DNA of 64,000 nt from an uncultured Planctomycetota bacterium (GTDB lineage: Bacteria > Planctomycetota > Planctomycetia > Gemmatales > Gemmataceae). Positions 1-8,600 of this stretch are shown here, in pieces. Both the position numbers and the translations under genes were made by a program. The first letter of the stretch is position 1, and each line of letters begins with the position of its first letter. The notes under the pieces are model-generated. The model was not told the origin of the DNA, ran no database searches, and worked only from the letters and a program-made list of their open reading frames with translations. The stretch is taken from the NCBI GenBank assembly GCA_963849325.1, contig CAWKHF010000001.1:128001-192000 (forward strand). Direction: 5' to 3'.

Positions 1-144
1 ATGGTCATCGGCGGGTTGACCGCGAACATGCTGTTCACGCGCATGGTGATTCCGGTCGGCTACCTGGTGCTGGAGAGGCGGAAAGTCTCGAAGGTGGAGC
101 GGCCGATCCACGCTCCGGTCAGCCAGCCGGTTGCCAGCCACTAA
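1..144 (+). CDS. C-terminal fragment of an RND (AcrB/CusA-type) efflux transporter permease
   Basis: Manual translation MVIGGLTANMLFTRMVIPVGYLVLERR... resembles the last TM helix of AcrB-family proteins (VIGGL..S..LTL.VVPV.Y); TAA at 142-144; 5' part outside the window. Confidence 0.7.
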   Translation: MVIGGLTANMLFTRMVIPVGYLVLERRKVSKVERPIHAPVSQPVASH

Positions 145-196
145 AGTCGGTTGGTGTCCTCCCCGGGAGCGCGGGCGTCCCGCCCGCCCCGTTTCC

Positions 197-1345
197 TTAC
201 GCGGATGCTCGGGCTACTCGTCTCCGACGCAGCCACCAGCGGAGGAGGAACGCCGGGACGAGCAAGGCCACGACAACGGTGAGGGCGGAAATCACCGGAT
301 TGGACTCGACGATCACCCACCAACCTTCTCGCCAGTGCGTTCCCACTCGCGGCTCATCGTAATACTTGCGGACGAATTCTTCTTCGGGGTTTTTGCCCTG
401 CTCGATCCAGGTCAACTCGTCCTGCCGAACCTTCTCGTACCACGCCTCGGCCTCGGCTAACTCTTGCCGGAACGACGCTTCCAATTCCTCCAGCGTCAGC
501 TCCGAGGGCGTCAACGAGATGTTTAACGGGCTTTTCGTCTGCATGTACAGGGCCGAACGGGCCTTGTTCTGGTACGCCTGCCTGGCCCTCTCGTCGGAGA
601 CCTCGTAGGACGCCTTCAAATAGGACCGCGCCCCCAACCGCTTGGCATCCGCAGCATTGTTGCGATTGACGAGGAGGTCTGCCAGGGTCTCCAGAAGCAC
701 CGGTGAGGCGTGGTTGCCGAACCGCATCATGCCCAGGATGCCCTTGACGGCAAGCCACCGATCTTCGGGGTCCAGGGGTGCCTTCTGCTTCGTGTTGAGG
801 AAGTCGAAGAAGGTGGTGGGAGTTTCTGCCCCGCTCAACGGCAGCGGTGTCATACTACCACGTCGGCGAGTGAGGACGTATTCGACAACGAGCCGTTGAT
901 ACTTCTCCCGTCCGAAGTGAGCATCGGGGTTGATCCGCAGCGCCTTGTCGATGTGCTCCAATCCCTTCTCCAGCTGGCCATCGTGGATGTAGAAGGTGCC
1001 CAGGTTGGCCTCGGTCTCGTACAGCCCCGATTTCCTACTCTCCTTGTCGAGCATGGTCTCGATGGCTTTCTGGTGCCGGCCGGTCTTGTCGTAGGCGACG
1101 GCCAAATCGTCGTAGAGGGCCGGGTTGTACGGGTCGCTCTCCAGCTTTTGCAAACGGTCGCGGATACGCCATTCATAGAACTCCGTAGAGTGGCGGAGGA
1201 ACTTGCCGGTGATGAGTTCGAGCGTATCGGGGAAATGGCTCCGTTCTTGCAAGAGGGTGTCATAGTCCCACATGCAAGCGAAGACGAGGGATGGAAACAA
1301 CACGCCGGCCAGGGCCAGCGGCACGGATGAGCGGAGCGATAGCAT
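197..1345 (-). CDS. Exported TPR protein with C-terminal membrane anchor
   Basis: Signal peptide ending ...LVFA-CMWDYD; TPR-like helices (LYDDLAVAYDKTG, ANLGTFYIHDG...ALRINPD); C-terminal TM followed by RRRRR; start taken at the internal Met. Confidence 0.75.
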   Translation of the reverse strand: MLSLRSSVPLALAGVLFPSLVFACMWDYDTLLQERSHFPDTLELITGKFLRHSTEFYEWRIRDRLQKLESDPYNPALYDDLAVAYDKTGRHQKAIETMLDKESRKSGLYETEANLGTFYIHDGQLEKGLEHIDKALRINPDAHFGREKYQRLVVEYVLTRRRGSMTPLPLSGAETPTTFFDFLNTKQKAPLDPEDRWLAVKGILGMMRFGNHASPVLLETLADLLVNRNNAADAKRLGARSYLKASYEVSDERARQAYQNKARSALYMQTKSPLNISLTPSELTLEELEASFRQELAEAEAWYEKVRQDELTWIEQGKNPEEEFVRKYYDEPRVGTHWREGWWVIVESNPVISALTVVVALLVPAFLLRWWLRRRRVARASA

Positions 1346-1438
1346 CGGAGGGCCTCCTCGGGAGGATACGTTGCCGTGATTATGGCAGAACAACGACAAC
1401 AATCAAGCGACGAGAGAGTCCCCATTGCGTAAAGGACA

Positions 1439-1465
1439 ATTTAGATTAAGTTTGTACTTCTAAAT
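1439..1465. promoter_or_regulatory. AT-rich imperfect inverted repeat, candidate operator in a divergent promoter region
   Basis: ATTTAGA(TT)AAGT-TTGT-ACTTCTAAAT in an AT-rich patch upstream of the HicA-like gene. Confidence 0.3.
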
Positions 1466-1573
1466 CCATGCTATTCATTCCCGGCACCCTTTCTCCTCTA
1501 ACGCCCCTGTTACTCTGGCGTGCGTTTCCGTCGTGGAGTAATTTGGAAATGGATCGTGCCCAAGAGGTTGGAC

Positions 1574-1795
1574 ATGAACGATCATCCGAATCAGCACATA
1601 CGGGAGGCTGTGGATTACGCCCTCGGAAAGGGTTGGCGGCTGGTGAAATCCGGGCCGCGCGCTCATGCTTGGGGACGGTTATACTGCTCGGCGCAAACGC
1701 GGGGCGGCTGCATACTTAGCGTCTACAGCACGCCGCGCGTACCCGAAAACCACGCTCGCTACATTCGTCGTCGCGTCGATGTTTGTCCGCACTAG
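1574..1795 (+). CDS. HicA-like small basic protein (putative toxin)
   Basis: 73 aa, HPNQHIREAVDYALGKGWRLVKSGPRAHAWGRLYC...SVYSTP; HicA-like helix / GW-x-x / His layout; first gene of a two-gene unit. Confidence 0.55.
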   Translation: MNDHPNQHIREAVDYALGKGWRLVKSGPRAHAWGRLYCSAQTRGGCILSVYSTPRVPENHARYIRRRVDVCPH

Positions 1796-1824
1796 CCCCC
1801 GGATGGGGCCAAGGAGTGACGCTT

Positions 1825-2082
1825 ATGAAGACTTACGAATTTGACGTCGTCTTGAGGGATGTATCGGAGGTGACCGACGACCAGGCGGATAGACTGTTCG
1901 CGGCCGGTTGCGACGATGGCACGCCGGCTGCCTGCGCGGGCGTGGCCTGGATTCATTTCGACCGGGAAGCAACCTCGCTGGAAGAGGCGATTTTCTTGGC
2001 CGTCGCGCAGGTTCAAGCGGCCGGGTTGGTGGTGTCCAAAGTGGAGTTGGACGCGGACGCGGCGGTGTCCCTGGGGGCGTAA
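1825..2082 (+). CDS. HicB-like acidic small protein (putative antitoxin, no DNA-binding domain)
   Basis: AAGGAG RBS; 85 aa acidic; LFAAGCDDGT...FDREATSLEEAI resembles the HicB N-terminal partial RNase H fold. Confidence 0.55.
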   Translation: MKTYEFDVVLRDVSEVTDDQADRLFAAGCDDGTPAACAGVAWIHFDREATSLEEAIFLAVAQVQAAGLVVSKVELDADAAVSLGA

Positions 2083-2094
2083 ACGACGCCGCTA

Positions 2095-3141
2095 TTATTG
2101 GGGTGGTACGAAATCCGCCATCCACAGCTGCGACGGCTGCCGGCCGTCTCGCGTCGAGGTCCACATAATCTTCCTGCCGTCGCGGCTGAACACCGGCAGC
2201 ACGTCGGTCCCCGGAGCGAAGGTCAACCGGACCTTGTTGGGAAGAGGCCTGGAGTCTTCTGATTTTTCGTCAATGTCCATCCAGTAAAGGTCATAATTCG
2301 GCCGGCCGGGCACGGCATGGTTGGCGCCGGCGTAGACGATGTGCCGGCTGTCCTTGTACCAGTACGGTCCCCACTGCACCCAGTTCAGGTCGTCCGTCAG
2401 CGCCCGCTCGCCGCTGCCGTCGGCGTTGATGACGAAGAGTTGCAGGTGGTCCTTCTTTTTGCGGTCGCTGCGGAAGATGACGCGCCGGCCGTCGGGCGAG
2501 AAGAATGGACCACCGTTGTAGCAGCCGGGTGCGTGCGTCAATTGGCGGACGTTGCGGCCGTCGCGGTCCATGACGTACAGCTCGAAGTTTTCCGGGCCGC
2601 TGCGGTTGGAGCAAAAGACGATGTGCCGGCCATCGGGCGAATAACTGCCCTCGGCATCGTAGCCGGGCGCGTCGGTCAGGCGCTTCAGCTCCGTGCCATC
2701 GGGGTTGGACTCGAAGATGTCGAGGTGTGGATCGAAGTCCCATTTGTAGCGGCGGCGCTTGCCCGACTGGCGATCCTCTTCGCGCTGGCGGTATTCTGCG
2801 TCGTACTGCATTTTGGCGTCCGGGTCGAGATGACTGCTGGCGAAGATTATCTTCTTGCCATCGGGCGAGAAGTAAGAGCAAGTGGTCTTGCCGACGCCGG
2901 GACTGACGCGGCGGGCGCGGCCGGTCTCCAGGTCCTGGACGAAGATTTGATAGAAGGGATTGCCGCTGTCCTTCTCCTCGGCCTGGAAGATGACCCGCTT
3001 GCCGTCGGGTGAGAAGTAGCCCTCGCCGGCGCGAACGAAGTCACGCGTCACCGGACGGACGTGGCGCAGGTGGACGGACTCGGCTTGTTGCCAGTCGGCC
3101 GGTTCGGCGGCGAGCAGGGAGAAGACCAGCCAGGCGTACAT
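2095..3141 (-). CDS. TolB-like beta-propeller (PD40 repeats), exported
   Basis: Repeated FSPDG/YSPDG/FSRDG motifs; N-terminal hydrophobic leader. Confidence 0.85.
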   Translation of the reverse strand: MYAWLVFSLLAAEPADWQQAESVHLRHVRPVTRDFVRAGEGYFSPDGKRVIFQAEEKDSGNPFYQIFVQDLETGRARRVSPGVGKTTCSYFSPDGKKIIFASSHLDPDAKMQYDAEYRQREEDRQSGKRRRYKWDFDPHLDIFESNPDGTELKRLTDAPGYDAEGSYSPDGRHIVFCSNRSGPENFELYVMDRDGRNVRQLTHAPGCYNGGPFFSPDGRRVIFRSDRKKKDHLQLFVINADGSGERALTDDLNWVQWGPYWYKDSRHIVYAGANHAVPGRPNYDLYWMDIDEKSEDSRPLPNKVRLTFAPGTDVLPVFSRDGRKIMWTSTRDGRQPSQLWMADFVPPQ

Positions 3142-3258
3142 GCGCGTGCTCCTTTACGGTCAGGCTCTTGAATGCGGCGGCGGTTTCCTCCACCATTATA
3201 GGAGAAAGCCCCTCCACCCGAATGGGCAGCGACGGGACAACACGGGAGCGACCAACGG

Positions 3259-3405
3259 ATGGCACCCTTTCTGCGCGGCGTGTGGGCGGATGAGCAGCCG
3301 GGAGCGCCGCTGATCGGCAACAATAGCCTGTTCTACAGCGTGGCCGGCGGCGTTCTGCTGGCGCTGCTGCTGTTGTTCCGCTGGGTGCGCCGCGGTCGGG
3401 AGTGA
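3259..3405 (+). CDS. 48-aa single-pass membrane microprotein (not in the ORF track)
   Basis: MAPFLRGVWADEQPGAPLIGNNSLFYSVAGGVLLALLLLFRWVRRGRE*; GGGAG upstream; stop 7 nt before the next gene. Confidence 0.55.
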   Translation: MAPFLRGVWADEQPGAPLIGNNSLFYSVAGGVLLALLLLFRWVRRGRE

Positions 3406-3412
3406 GCCGCTG

Positions 3413-4072
3413 ATGATGGATGAATTGCGTACACGACTGGCACCGCTGACGGATTGGATACCGCCTGAGCTGCGCGACCGGCTCGACGTGGAAGTCTGGT
3501 GGTTGATCTTTCTCGCCGTTGGTCTGCTGCTGTTGCTATTCGTCGGCCTGTTCCTGCGCAGCCTGATGCGATCCGTCTTCCGTCGCCGAGGTCCGGCGGC
3601 GCCCTGGGACCGCGAGCTGCGCGAGGATCTCGACGCGTGCCCACTCCCGGCGCGGCCTCCCGGCGACCGCATCCTGTACGCCTACCATCTGCCGGTACGG
3701 CTGCGACTGGTCATCGTGGCGGGGTCCGGCAAGGAGGCGGACGTGGACGCCACGGCCATCGAGAAACTGCTGGACCGCATCGTGCCCGGCCTGGGAGGCA
3801 TTGCCGCGCGCGATCGGCCGCGCATCCGTGTCTGGCCGCCGCAGTTGAGCCAGCAAGGTTTCCTGGCCACCTTCCATCGCTGTACGCCGCGGCCCGAGCC
3901 GGACGGCGAACCGTCGCGCTGGCTGCTGATCGCCGGTCGGGCGCTGCTGGGCCGACAACCCGTCCTCCTCGGTCTGGGGCTGTGGGCGGATGAACCTCAC
4001 ACCCTCGGCCGTGTCCATCTGGAGCCGCACCAGTGGCTCGACGTGTTGCGGTTGCGTTCCGTCTCGGCGTGA
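3413..4072 (+). CDS. Hypothetical membrane-anchored protein
   Basis: 219 aa, one strong N-terminal TM (WWLIFLAVGLLLLLFVGLFL), soluble C-terminal domain; tight spacing to neighbours. Confidence 0.7.
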   Translation: MMDELRTRLAPLTDWIPPELRDRLDVEVWWLIFLAVGLLLLLFVGLFLRSLMRSVFRRRGPAAPWDRELREDLDACPLPARPPGDRILYAYHLPVRLRLVIVAGSGKEADVDATAIEKLLDRIVPGLGGIAARDRPRIRVWPPQLSQQGFLATFHRCTPRPEPDGEPSRWLLIAGRALLGRQPVLLGLGLWADEPHTLGRVHLEPHQWLDVLRLRSVSA

Positions 4073-4085
4073 GCGATCCTCCATC

Positions 4086-5402
4086 ATGGAATTGCGCCTC
4101 GATCATCTGCTGCGGAAGTTGCGCGAGCAACCCGTCCCCATCCTCGAAGCCATCGACCGCGATCCGATGCTGCTCAAGCGCACGAGCGGCCCTCTCGTGC
4201 TGGCCAACGCCAGTCAGGCGTTGTACACACCGCAGCAGGAGCATCAGCTCTACGCCAAGGGTATCGTTTATCGCCGCGATCCCTACCGCCTCGTGTCGCT
4301 GCCGCTGGTCAAGATCTACAACCTCGGCGAGCGTAACGTCACCATCGCCGACCTGGCCGCGCTGACGGACGAGCCACAGGTGCGCCTGCGCTTCCTGCGC
4401 AAAATCGACGGCTCGCTGGTGCAGATCTTCCGCCACGATGGCCGCGTCTGGTTCACGACGCGCGGCCTGATCTCGGAAGAAGGGACTAGGGGCGAGGGAA
4501 TAGGGACTAGGGAAGAAACCTCTTCCCTAGTCCCTATTCCCTATTCCCTATTCCCTTCTTCTTTCGATTATCTCGGCGCCGCTCGCCGCCTCGCCGCCCA
4601 GCGCTATCCGCGCCTGCTCGACGACGCCCGGTTGCTCGACGGCCGCACGCTGATCTTTGAATTGATCCATCCGGCCGTGCAAAAGGTGACGAGCTATGGC
4701 CCACGGATGGACCTCATTCTCTTGGCCTGCCTGGACGTGCGCCGCCTGGCCTACGCTGCCTACCCGGAGGTCGCCGCACTGGCCGAAGCTCATGGCTTGA
4801 CCGTGGTGGACGCGCTGACGCCGGCCGGGGCAACGCTGGCCGAGCAGATCGAAAGCCTGTTGGCGGCGCTGGCCGGCACCGACCAGGAAGGCAGCGTCCT
4901 CCAGTTCGAGCGCCCCGACGAAGTTATCTACCGCGTCAAGGTGAAATCGCCCGCCTATCTCCGCCTGATGCGAGCGATGGCGGAATGCACCTACGAGCGC
5001 CTGGCCGCGCTCCTTGACGAGCATCCGCACCGGGCGAGCTGGGCGGAAGTGGAGGCACTGCTGAAAGAGCGAGGCCGCGAAGAGGTACCGGAAGAGGTGC
5101 TGGCGTTTTATCGGCCGCATTACGAACGCTACACCGCCTACCTCGCCGACTGCGACCGACTGCGGCAGTGGGCCGAACAGGTGTACGGTCAGCTCGAAAA
5201 ACAACTCGGCGATCGGGAGGACCGAGGCACGCCAGCGTATCGCAAGGCGTTCGCCGCCCTGGTCGGAGCGTATCCGTATGCCGGTCTTCTCTTCGCCGCC
5301 CTGGACGGACGACTGGACCGGCAGCGTGTCCGCCAAATGGTCCGCGATCCGGAGCAAGCTCGACGGGCCTTGCGGGCCGTGGAGCAATCTTTCGGAGCCT
5401 GA
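4086..5402 (+). CDS. ATP-dependent RNA ligase, T4 Rnl1 family
   Basis: KGIVY and KIYN (T4 RGI, KFFN), motif I KIDGS, Ia TRG, III FELIHP, IV EGSV, V RVKVKS, then a helical C-terminal domain. Confidence 0.85.
   Translation: MELRLDHLLRKLREQPVPILEAIDRDPMLLKRTSGPLVLANASQALYTPQQEHQLYAKGIVYRRDPYRLVSLPLVKIYNLGERNVTIADLAALTDEPQVRLRFLRKIDGSLVQIFRHDGRVWFTTRGLISEEGTRGEGIGTREETSSLVPIPYSLFPSSFDYLGAARRLAAQRYPRLLDDARLLDGRTLIFELIHPAVQKVTSYGPRMDLILLACLDVRRLAYAAYPEVAALAEAHGLTVVDALTPAGATLAEQIESLLAALAGTDQEGSVLQFERPDEVIYRVKVKSPAYLRLMRAMAECTYERLAALLDEHPHRASWAEVEALLKERGREEVPEEVLAFYRPHYERYTAYLADCDRLRQWAEQVYGQLEKQLGDREDRGTPAYRKAFAALVGAYPYAGLLFAALDGRLDRQRVRQMVRDPEQARRALRAVEQSFGA
4476..4561. repeat. Heptamer-based inverted repeat inside the RNA ligase CDS
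   Basis: 41-nt arms built from AGGGA(A/C)T units, 4 mismatches, 4-nt loop AACC. Confidence 0.9.
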
Positions 5403-5461
5403 AGCGTAAGCGAAGAGACGGCAACCTTCGGTTGCCGTCTCTTCGCTTACGCTTCAGGCTC
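5395..5461. repeat. Palindromic element, family A (GAGCC-GAAGCGTAAGCG)
   Basis: Perfect hairpin with cTTCGg loop; contains the ligase stop codon; copies at 14670, 34380, 36247. Confidence 0.9.
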
Positions 5462-5495
5462 GGACAAGCGTTCGTTTGTTCCGGCACTCGGAGAG

Positions 5496-5524
5496 GCAAA
5501 CCATGAGGCCGGTTGCCTCGTCTA
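5496..5524 (+). promoter_or_regulatory. Possible ECF-sigma promoter of the alpha-2-macroglobulin gene
   Basis: GCAAACC-N16-CGTCTA, similar to the ECF AAC/CGTC consensus, ~85 nt before the ATG. Confidence 0.3.
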
Positions 5525-5609
5525 TTCCAGGGGGCGGTTCTCCGACGCGCGGGCGGAGATACTGCCTTCACGGTACGGAACGCTACCTTCGGTCAAGGGT
5601 GGGACGAAC

Positions 5610-8600
5610 ATGCACGGCAAACGGGCGTCGATCGTTCTCGGTGTTACGCTGGCTTTCGTGTCGGCGGGGTCTGGCTGTCGGCCGCGGATCGGCCGGCGCC
5701 GGCGCGGCGAGACAACCTCATGAAGACCTTCCATGCGGGCAATTTCAAGGACGCCTACGACGGTCTGCGCAAGCTGGCCCTCGACCCCAAGGACGACCCG
5801 GCCAAGGTCGGCGACGATCTCCGGACCGGCCATCACCTGCCTGCAACGGCTGGGCCGCTCCGACGAGATCGACGACTTCCGCGAGGCCGTCATCGACGCC
5901 CACAAGAAGAACTGGCGGCTGCTGGAGACGGCCGCCGAGACGCTACGCCAGCAACCAGATGGAGCATTCGGCTTCATCGTGGCCGGCAAGTTCTATCGCG
6001 GCCACAAGCACGGCGGCGGCCGCTACGTCGGCACGATGGAGCGCGACCGCGTCCGCGCCCTGCAACTGATGCAGCAGGCACTTGCCGTTGACAGCCAAGG
6101 AGAACGACAAGCCCGCCCTGGCTCGCTTCCACCTGCACTTCGCCCAACTGCTGCTCCACGGCGCCGGCTGGCACGACGCCTGGCGGCTGCAATACCTCAC
6201 CGACCTCAGCAAACTGCCCGACTACGAGGAGGGCTATTTCTGGAATCGCGGCGACACGCGCGGCGCACCGGTCGATGCCAAGGGCGATCCGATCTACTAC
6301 CACGTGCCCAAGAGCTACGAGGCGGCCGCCAAGCGACGGCGAACGCTGGCGCTGGATGCTGTCGCAGGCGGCCGAGTTCGATCCGGCCCGCGTCGGCGAG
6401 GTCGACATGCAGCTGGCCAACTTCTTCCGCTCGCAGTTCGGCGTGCAGACGATGGCGCAGTTCGGCTACGGTTTCCGCGGCGACGCCAACGGCGACAAGA
6501 AGAGCGGCACCTTCGCCCTGCACACGCTCAAGGACGACGAGACCATCGCCAAGCTGGCCACCGGCATCAAGCGCTTCACGCTGCCCGACGAGTTCAACTG
6601 GATCAAGATCGACGAGCGCGTCGCCGGCCGCGGCAAGAGCCAGCCCGGCGAGCAGGCCCGCGACCTGCTCGCCCAGGAATACGAGGATCGCCGCCAGTAC
6701 GTCAAGGCGGCCGAGGCGTGGAAGAAGGCCATCGAGGAGTACGGCGCCGGCCACGACGAGTTCCGCCAGAAACGGCTCGACCAGATCGTCGGCAACTGGG
6801 GCCGCTTCGAGCCGGGCGCAGATGCAGCCGGCCGGCAAGAAGGCCATCGTCGATTTCCGCTTCCGCAACGGCAAGAAGGTGTCCTTCGAGGCCCACGCCA
6901 TCAAGGTCGACAAGCTGCTCGACGACGTGAAGGCCTACCTCAAGAGCAACCCCGGCCAACTCGACTGGCAGCACGATGAACATCGGCAACATCGGCTATC
7001 GCCTTGTCGAGCAGAACCAGCAGCAGTACCTCGGCGACAAGGTCGCCGCCTGGGACGTGGACCTGAAGCCGCGTCCGGCCCACGTCGATGACCGCATCAC
7101 GGTCACGACGCCGCTGGACAAGCCGGGGGCCTACCTGCTGACGGCGACGATGGAGGGCGGCAACGTCAGCCGCATCATCGTCTGGGTCAGCGACACCGTC
7201 ATCGTCAAGAAGCAGCTCGACGGCCAGACGTATTACTACGTCGCCGACGCCGTCACCGGCCAGCCGATCGCCAAGGCCGACGTCGAGTTCTTCGGCTGGC
7301 AGCAGCAGCTAGTGCAGCCCAATCCGAACCGCTGGCGCGTCGATACCACCGCCTTCAACGACAGCACCGACGCCGACGGCCAGATCATCGTCGGTCAGGC
7401 GAAACTGCCGCAGGACCACCAATGGCTCATCACCGCCCGCAAGGCGAAGGCCGGCGCCAACGGCGCCGACCGCTTCGCCTACCTCGGCTTCACCGGCATC
7501 TGGTACGGCCGGACATTACGACCCCGAGTACAACGCCGACCAAGGTGTTCACCATCACCGATCGGCCGGTGTATCGGCCGGAGCAGAAGGTGCAGTTCAA
7601 GGCGTGGATCGAGCACGCCAAGTACGACCAGGCCGACAACTCCGCCTTCGCCGACCAGGCGTTCCCGGTCCGCATCCACAACCCGAGGGCGAGAAAGTCC
7701 TCGAGAAGAACTTCACGACCGACGACTACGGCGGCCTGGCCGGCGAGTTCCCGCTGTCCAAGGGCGTCATGCTCGGCGTCTACTCGCTCCAGGTCTGCGA
7801 TCCGCCGGCAACCGAATCTTGGCGGCGGCAACTTCCGCGTCGAGGAGTACAAGAAGCCGGAATTCGAGGTAAGGTCGAGGCGCCGAAGGAGCCGGTGCGC
7901 CTGGGCGAGAAGATCACGCCACCATCAAGGCGAAGTATTACTTCGGCGCGCCGGTCGACGCAGCGCCAAGGTCAAGTACAAGGTGCTGCGTACCAGCTAC
8001 AGCAACCGCTGGTATCCGACGCGGCAACTGGGACTGGTTCTACGGCGCCGGCTACTGGTGGTTCGCCGCCGACTATCCCTGGTATCCCGGCTGGCGCGAG
8101 TGGGGCTGCAAGCGTCCCGTGCCCATCCTGGTGGGGCCGCGGACAGGAACCGCCGGAGGTCGTGCTGGAAAACGAGGTCGAGATCGGCGCCGACGGCACC
8201 GTGAAGATCGCCATCGACACCGCGCCGGCCAAGGAACTGCACGGCGACCAGGACCACCAGTACTCGATCACGGCCGAAGTGGTGGACGAGTCGCGCCGCA
8301 CCATCGTCGGCACCGGCAACGTGCTGGTGGCCCGCAAGCCGTTCCAGGTCTTCGCCTGGCTCGATCGCGGCTACTACCGCGCCGGCGACACGGTGAAGGC
8401 CAGCTTCCGCGCCCAGACGCTGGACCGGAAGCCGGTCGAGGGCAAGGGCGAGCTGACGCTGTTACCGCATCACCTACGACGAGAACAACAAGCCGGTCGA
8501 GAAGGCGGTGCAGACGTGGAAGCTGGACACCGACGCCGAGGGCAAGGCCAGCCAGCAGGTCAAGGCCGCCGAGCCGGGCCAGTATCGGCTCTCGTACAAG

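Noticed and set aside
1490-1545. Integron attC site near the TA-like pair
   Set aside because: CTCTAAC is present but there is no matching GTTRRRY end with a proper attC fold, and no integrase
4086-5402. Prophage origin for the RNA ligase or HNH gene
   Set aside because: No phage structural, integrase or replication genes; codon style matches the host
5492-5560. GGCAAACC upstream of A2M as a c-di-GMP-I riboswitch
   Set aside because: No GAAA tetraloop stem or GACGCAAAG segment follows; better explained as a hairpin or ECF-type promoter
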